In this document: one piece after another, positions 18,675 to 24,000 of the stretch | Position numbering within the stretch: position 1 is the first letter of the stretch | Layout of the letters: each line of letters opens with the position of its first letter | Assembly: GCF_004421185.1 (NCBI RefSeq) | Contig: NZ_LXQB01000010.1 | Span: forward strand, 1 to 24,000 | Direction: 5' to 3' | DNA length: 24,000 nucleotides | Origin: Methylacidiphilum sp. Yel | GTDB taxonomy: Bacteria > Verrucomicrobiota > Verrucomicrobiia > Methylacidiphilales > Methylacidiphilaceae | Notes under the pieces: generated by a model | Database searches by the model: none | What the model saw: the letters and a program-made list of their open reading frames with translations, nothing else | What the model was told of the DNA's origin: nothing | Position numbers and translations under genes: made by a program

Positions 18675-20132
18675 TTAAGCATAGGAATGCTCTATTTCGT
18701 GTCGCAAGGGATCTTCGAAGCGTGTATAGGGAGCATTAAATAAAACTTCTATTTTATCTGTTGGTCCATTCCTTTGTTTGGCAACATGAATAAGGTAGGG
18801 AATTTTGGTCACATCCGTTACTGAATCGGATTCAAGTCTATGGAGAAGAATAACTACATCCGCATCTTGTTCAATCGCCCCAGATTCTCTTAAATGATGA
18901 AGGGCTGGTTCACTTCTTCCCTCTTCCATTCTTCTATTTAACTGAGCTAGAACAATGATAGGAATATTAAGTTCTTTGGCGAGAGCTTTAATGCCCCTAG
19001 ATATTTCTGAAATCTCAACCTGTCTATTCTCTTTGGCTTGCTGTGAATCCGAATGTAAAAGCTGCAGGTAATCAATGATAATGAGATCTACGCCAAACTG
19101 ATTTTTCATTCTTCTTGCTTTGGCTCGCAGCTGATGAATGGTTAAATCACTAGAATCATCAATGTAGAATGGCCACTCTTTAGCATCATCAGCAAGCATT
19201 TTTAATTTCTCGAGGCTAGCTGGCTCTAGTTCGCCTCGTCGGATTTTCTGCAGACTTTCACTGCCTATGGCGGCTAATAGTCTGAGCATGATCTGTACGG
19301 CCGTCATTTCCAAGCTAAAAAATCCTACTGAATAGCCAGGTTTAATCCAGAGATCTTTGGTTTGATCGTATCTTTCTTTTAAAGCGCGACAAGCAAAAGT
19401 AAGCCCCAGGGCTGTTTTCCCTACTCCAGGTCTGGCTGCTAAAACAATCATATCTCCATTTTGCCATCCTGTTGTAATTTGATCCAAATGATGAAATCCA
19501 GTAGGGATGCCAAACAATCTACCTTTTCTTTTATGAAAGCAATCGATGAGTTCTATCGCTTTTTGGATCTCAACAGATGCCTTGACAGTAGAACGACTCA
19601 CTGCAAGGTCAGTTATTTCAAAAATCTGTTTTTCTGCTTGGTCAAGGACTTGGGAAACAGAATGAGAATTTTCATAAATGTTTTGTACGATAGTTAAGGC
19701 TGCAGAATGGAGACGACGCAAAATACTTTTTTCTTTGAGTATTTTGATGTAAGATTCGAGGTTAAGATGGGTGGCAAATGAAGCGACTAAATCAGCAAGA
19801 AGAGCGGCCCCCCCGATTTTTTCATCCAGATGGTGATCTACTAGATACTGGTGAACGGTTGTTAGATCAATAGCTATATTTTTTGTGTGTAATTCACTTA
19901 ATGCTTCAAACAGAATCCGATGAGCCGGAATATAGAAATCTTCGACTGTTAATCGTTCCCTGACCTGATCGAAAACCAATTCAGGATTAGTCAGCATTAA
20001 TCCTAGTAAAGCTTTTTCAGCTTCAGTACTAAAAAGAGCAGGAATCGCTTCTTTGATGGTATCGACCCCTTTTCTTTTCATGTTTTTAGTCATATTCATT
20101 ATTTCATAGTGAAGGAGGGGGATAAAAGACAA
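18675..20132 (-). CDS. dnaB: replicative DNA helicase
   Basis: N-terminal STEAEKALLGLMLTNPE, Walker A ARPGVGKT, SLEM, IIIDYLQLL, VLAQLNR, IEQDADVV. The track start (20132) is a TTG; ATGs at 20099, 20093 and 20081 are more likely starts. Confidence 0.95.
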   Translation of the reverse strand: MSFIPLLHYEIMNMTKNMKRKGVDTIKEAIPALFSTEAEKALLGLMLTNPELVFDQVRERLTVEDFYIPAHRILFEALSELHTKNIAIDLTTVHQYLVDHHLDEKIGGAALLADLVASFATHLNLESYIKILKEKSILRRLHSAALTIVQNIYENSHSVSQVLDQAEKQIFEITDLAVSRSTVKASVEIQKAIELIDCFHKRKGRLFGIPTGFHHLDQITTGWQNGDMIVLAARPGVGKTALGLTFACRALKERYDQTKDLWIKPGYSVGFFSLEMTAVQIMLRLLAAIGSESLQKIRRGELEPASLEKLKMLADDAKEWPFYIDDSSDLTIHQLRAKARRMKNQFGVDLIIIDYLQLLHSDSQQAKENRQVEISEISRGIKALAKELNIPIIVLAQLNRRMEEGRSEPALHHLRESGAIEQDADVVILLHRLESDSVTDVTKIPYLIHVAKQRNGPTDKIEVLFNAPYTRFEDPLRHEIEHSYA

Positions 20133-20328
20133 GCATATTTTATTAGAGATAAATGAATATCTCTTTTATGATGAAGAAGATACTGCAGTGTAAACTCTTT
20201 CTTGAACCTTCACAAAAGATCATTAGAGTATCCTGAGTCATCTGGTAGTAGCCTATTTTCTTTGAAGGGGATAATAAGTAGATTGCTTTGGGTGAATGAT
20301 TCATCAATAGGGGATCATAGAAAAAAAG

Positions 20329-22188
20329 ATGAAATACGCAAAAACATACGATGTTATTGTTGTTGGAGCAGGGCATGCTGGAGTCGAAGCCGCCTTGGCT
20401 GCTTCACGCATGGGCTGTCGTACCATGCTCTTGACAATGAATCTTGATACTATTGGCCAGATGTCTTGTAATCCGTCGATTGGAGGAATAGGAAAGGGAC
20501 ATCTGGTCAGGGAAATTGATGCCCTTGGTGGAGAAATGGCGATCAATACAGATCTTACGGGAATACAGTTTAGAATGCTCAATATGAGAAAAGGATATAG
20601 TGTCCAATCCCCTCGAGCCCAATGTGATAAAAAAGCCTATCAGTTTCGGCTAAAAGCGGTATGTGAAAGAACCCCTTTATTAGATTTATTTCAAGCTTCG
20701 GTTGCTGATCTTCTTGTCAATGATGATAAAGTCAAGGGGGTTATCACAGAACTAGGAATAATCATCCATAGCTCAACAGTTATTATTACCACTGGTACTT
20801 TTTTGAAGGGCTTATTACATGTCGGCAGAAGCAAGAAGATGGGGGGCAGAATGGGTGAGTCCTCCAGCGGTCTTTCTGAAATGCTAAAAAAATATGGATT
20901 TGAAGTCGGTCGATTAAAAACAGGAACACCGCCAAGAATTAATGGAAAGACCATCGATTTTTCTAAATGTATCATGCAGCCTGGAGACTTTCCTCCCCCT
21001 CATTTTTCTTTTGCGTTACCAGATATTGATATGGCCTCCGAAGGGCTTTTTACACTCAATCAATGGAAGGATGGAATGTTCCACGTGGAACAATTATCTT
21101 GTGCCATAACCTATACCAATGCAAAAACCCATGAAATCATCAAGGAAAACCTAGATAAATCCCCTTTGTATTGTGGCGAAATTCAAGGCATTGGACCAAG
21201 ATACTGCCCATCCATAGAAGATAAAATTGTTCGTTTTGCCGATAAAGAACGGCATCAAATTTTTTTAGAACCGGAAGGCAAACATACAGAAGAATACTAT
21301 GTGAATGGCTGTTCGACTAGTTTACCATATGAAGTGCAAGACCAATTCATCCATACCATTGCAGGTTTAGAAAAATGCCAGATCATTAGACCTGGATATG
21401 CCGTTGAATACGATTATTGTCCCGCTACTCAGATCTATCCAACATTGGAAACAAAGAACATTTCAGGACTCTTTCTTGCTGGTCAGATTAATGGAACAAC
21501 AGGCTATGAAGAAGCAGCCGCTCAAGGATTACTTGCAGGGATCAATGCAGCAAGAAAGATCCAAAATCGGCCCCCATTAGTCTTGGGAAGGGATCAAGCC
21601 TACATAGGGGTATTAATTGATGATTTAACAACCAAGCCCATCAGAGAACCCTATAGGATCTTTACTTCAAGAGCTGAGCATCGGCTGTTGCTTCGCCAGG
21701 ATAATGCCGATTTGCGTCTTACTGAAATAGGTTATGAAATTGGATTGGTATCTAAGACCAGAGCAATACGTTTAGAGGAAAAAAAGAGGCTTATTGATGA
21801 GACTTTTCAGAAAATAAGAAAATATCGATATAATGGGATGAGTTGTGAAGATTTGCTGAAGCGGCCGGAATTCTCATGGAAGGACCTTCCAGAGGAGTTT
21901 CAAAAAGTTCCCAAAGAAGTGGCTTTGCATATTGAATGTGAAATTAAATATGCGGGGTATATCGCTCGGGAAAAAGAATCGATTTTGAAGAGTCATAAAC
22001 TAGAAGAAACCTTGATTCCTGCAAATATCGATTATGAAAAAATTCCAGGGTTAAAACAAGAGGCAAGGGAAAAACTTCTAAAGATAAGACCGTTGACTTT
22101 TGGGCAAGCTTCAAGAATTCCAGGAGTCAATCCAACGGATGTCTCCATTTTAATCGTATGGTCTAAGAAAAAAGCAGCCTTGAGTTGA
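20329..22188 (+). CDS. mnmG: tRNA uridine-5-carboxymethylaminomethyl(34) synthesis enzyme MnmG (GidA)
   Basis: 619 aa. FAD-binding [67 protein letters not shown]. Confidence 0.97.
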   Translation: MKYAKTYDVIVVGAGHAGVEAALAASRMGCRTMLLTMNLDTIGQMSCNPSIGGIGKGHLVREIDALGGEMAINTDLTGIQFRMLNMRKGYSVQSPRAQCDKKAYQFRLKAVCERTPLLDLFQASVADLLVNDDKVKGVITELGIIIHSSTVIITTGTFLKGLLHVGRSKKMGGRMGESSSGLSEMLKKYGFEVGRLKTGTPPRINGKTIDFSKCIMQPGDFPPPHFSFALPDIDMASEGLFTLNQWKDGMFHVEQLSCAITYTNAKTHEIIKENLDKSPLYCGEIQGIGPRYCPSIEDKIVRFADKERHQIFLEPEGKHTEEYYVNGCSTSLPYEVQDQFIHTIAGLEKCQIIRPGYAVEYDYCPATQIYPTLETKNISGLFLAGQINGTTGYEEAAAQGLLAGINAARKIQNRPPLVLGRDQAYIGVLIDDLTTKPIREPYRIFTSRAEHRLLLRQDNADLRLTEIGYEIGLVSKTRAIRLEEKKRLIDETFQKIRKYRYNGMSCEDLLKRPEFSWKDLPEEFQKVPKEVALHIECEIKYAGYIAREKESILKSHKLEETLIPANIDYEKIPGLKQEAREKLLKIRPLTFGQASRIPGVNPTDVSILIVWSKKKAALS

Positions 22189-22271
22189 TTGTTTTTTTGA
22201 GCCTTAAACCCAGTGGATCTAATTGTTTTTAGGTTCTTAGTTTGTTTTGGGTAAATGCTAAGGATAAAAGA

Positions 22272-23033
22272 ATGAATAATGAAAGGATGGCAAACAAGAA
22301 CAATTCATTGCTCCATTCTCGGTTCAATGCCTATTTAGAAAAAATTAAAAGAAGGCTAAAAAGCATTACTCTAAAGGATACTTTTTCAGATTTACAAAAT
22401 AAAAGTGGCCTGGTGATCGATGTGCGGAAAAAGGAAGATTGGTTCATGGGGCATATTCCGGGGGCTATTTGGATTGAGAGAGCTAAGCTAGAAAAAGAAG
22501 TGGAAGATATTGTACCACAATCAGAAAGCAAGATCATTTGTTATGGCGAAGATGGGGCGCAATCCATTCTGGCTGCCTATACTTTGCATGAAATGGGATA
22601 CATAAATACTTACTGGATGGAAAAAGGATGGGAAGGGTGGAAAGAAAAGAAATATCCTATCAGTGCTGCTGAGGGGATAGAAATGAGAGATCCCTTGGAA
22701 AAATTAGGGGGTATTTGTTATTTGCCCAGGCTCTTTGATAAAATAAAAGGGCTATATTCTTCGAAGTTGCCTCCTACAGAATATCTCCAGGACGATTGGG
22801 ACAAGGCCATTCTTGAACTACTCTGTATCGATGCCACGCTTTTGGAACAGGTATGCATTAGCTCGGAAAATGAGCAAAAGTTTTTGATGGAGTTAAAAAA
22901 AATTCTTGGTCCCTCATGGCCAAGCCAGCATATGATTGATCAATTTAACGAAAGATGTCAATTAAGAAAAACGTCGGGATTTCAGAAGCCACAATTCTGG
23001 TTTTGGAGAGCAGATAAAAAAATAAAAAAATAA
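22272..23033 (+). CDS. rhodanese-like domain fused to a DUF5069-like C-terminal domain
   Basis: Rhodanese pattern VIDVRKKEDWFMGHIPGAIWI...KIICYGEDGAQSILAAYTLHEMGY...GWEGW. The C-terminal half (RDPLEKLGGICYLPRLFDKIKG...EYLQDDWDKAILELLCID) resembles DUF5069 from memory. The track ORF starts at TTG 22242; the ATG at 22272 has AAGGA 7 nt upstream. Confidence 0.7.
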   Translation: MNNERMANKNNSLLHSRFNAYLEKIKRRLKSITLKDTFSDLQNKSGLVIDVRKKEDWFMGHIPGAIWIERAKLEKEVEDIVPQSESKIICYGEDGAQSILAAYTLHEMGYINTYWMEKGWEGWKEKKYPISAAEGIEMRDPLEKLGGICYLPRLFDKIKGLYSSKLPPTEYLQDDWDKAILELLCIDATLLEQVCISSENEQKFLMELKKILGPSWPSQHMIDQFNERCQLRKTSGFQKPQFWFWRADKKIKK

Positions 23034-23095
23034 TTTCAAATTTTCCTCATCACCTCCATTCCTTTCATCTTACGGAATTAATAAAAAGCAAGGAA

Positions 23096-24000
23096 ATGGG
23101 ATTCGAAGCACAAAAGAAAGGAATGGATAGAAAAGAGCAGCAAAAGGTTCCCCTTTTTTTCCCTGCCATACTCTTTGCTACAGGATGCTATCTTGGTGCT
23201 CAAGGTACGTTCAATTTAGGACTTCTTTTAGGCAGCCTGATTTTTTCCCTCTCTTTATGGAGTAAAGCTAGTCGCTATCGACTCTTTAGCGAAGCGTTTT
23301 GTCTTTGTAGTCTTTTTCTTCTTGGACTACTCAATTGTAGAATCCATAGGGATTTGGCAGAAAAAGAAATGACCATGCTTCAGGAAAAGTTGGCAGCCTT
23401 CCAAAATCTCCATTGCTTAGGCTATGTGGCCAGTTTTCCTCAACAAAAAGAGAGAGCTATCTATTTTCTTTTGAATCTCAAGGCAATCAAATCTAGGGAA
23501 AAGTGGCTCCCAATGAAGGGGAAAGCCTTATGTAGAGTGGAAGATTGGCAGGGTACAATCCATCGTGGAGAGCTGATTACGGTAAGTGGAAAAATAATTT
23601 TGCCTCATAAAAAGAGTAATGCTGGAGAAGGCGACTTTTATAAGTATATGGTGGAAAAAGGAATAAGTTTTGAATTGTTAAGTAAGGATAGGTTTTTTTT
23701 TACAGTGATGATACCGATAAGAGCTATGGGTGTTGGATCGAGAAGATAAGAAAAAAGATAAAAAAGAATCTTTCTCTTGGCATTGAAGATCCTAAAGCCC
23801 ATTCGTTGCTCTGTGGAATGGTTTATGGGGATGTTTCCGGACTTGACCAAGAGGATGCTCTGGCTTTCAAACGAGCCGGGACTTATCATTTGTTTGCCGT
23901 TAGCGGACAAAATGTAGGAATAATGCTGGGGTTTTGGATCCTTTTGCTACAATATACAGGAACCAATCGATGGAAATATTCACTCGGTTTTATTCCAGTT
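23096..24000 (+). pseudogene. comEC: ComEC/Rec2 DNA-uptake channel gene, reading frame broken at a T9 tract (runs off the right edge)
   Basis: ORF 23096-23749 encodes the N-terminal TM and DUF4131/OB-like part (GELITVSGKIILPHKKSNAGEGDFYKYMVEKGISFELL). The ComEC core continues in the -1 frame from about 23692 (YSDDTDKSYGCWIEKIRKKIKKNLSLGIEDPKAHSLLCGMVYGDVSGLDQEDALAFKRAGTYHLFAVSGQNVGIMLGF...). The frames switch at TTTTTTTTT, 23693-23701. Confidence 0.8.

Noticed and set aside
18386-18682. 98-aa minus-strand ORF spanning the thiG 3' end and the thiG-dnaB spacer
   Set aside because: It is mostly antisense to thiG, has no recognisable domain and no SD, and overlaps the dnaB stop region. It is judged spurious.
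18675-20132. Intein or other insertion in DnaB
   Set aside because: The length (about 470-485 aa) and the contiguous helicase motifs (Walker A through IEQDADVV) leave no room for an insertion.
20100-20328. Chromosomal origin (oriC) next to gidA/mnmG
   Set aside because: There are no consensus DnaA boxes (TTATCCACA/TGTGGATAA), no dnaA or dnaN nearby, and no obvious AT-rich 13-mer array. The GGGGATAA motifs are only partial matches. The motifs are kept as a low-interest finding, not as an origin call.
20143-20447. ORFs 20143-20376 (-) and 20202-20447 (+) in the dnaB-mnmG spacer as small hidden genes
   Set aside because: Both run into the mnmG coding region out of frame or antisense, and their translations are Cys/Phe/Ile-rich with low complexity. 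There are no supporting signals.

Overview
Densely coding, low-GC (about 40% by eye) bacterial chromosomal window made up almost entirely of core housekeeping genes. I found no rRNA, tRNA, CRISPR, transposase or phage genes; the intergenic gaps are all under 270 bp and AT-rich. The left half is one 12-kb co-directional minus-strand array: DUF4388/PATAN-like protein, small Ras-like GTPase, Roadblock/LC7 protein, a complete canonical F1Fo ATP synthase operon (atpBEFHAGDC, no atpI), DUF971 protein, tilS, an RsuA/RluB-family pseudouridine synthase, and argH. The right half carries nadC, a rhomboid protease, thrB, a mono-haem cytochrome c, an HDAC-family deacetylase, an MqnA/MqnD-family protein, thiG, dnaB, mnmG (gidA), a rhodanese-DUF5069 fusion, and a comEC whose frame breaks at a T9 homopolymer. 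The only candidate for an undescribed system is the DUF4388 / GTPase / Roadblock switch module sitting directly on the 5' end of the ATP synthase operon, with the Roadblock gene in the slot usually held by atpI. Its parts belong to known families. The linkage to a rotary ATPase is the unusual part, and any functional meaning is inference. Everything else looks ordinary, with a few small oddities: a compact delta subunit, a structured atpB-atpE spacer, the comEC frameshift, and an atypical rhodanese loop. The proteins give me an impression of a PVC/Verrucomicrobia-like organism, but I cannot verify that from the sequence alone.
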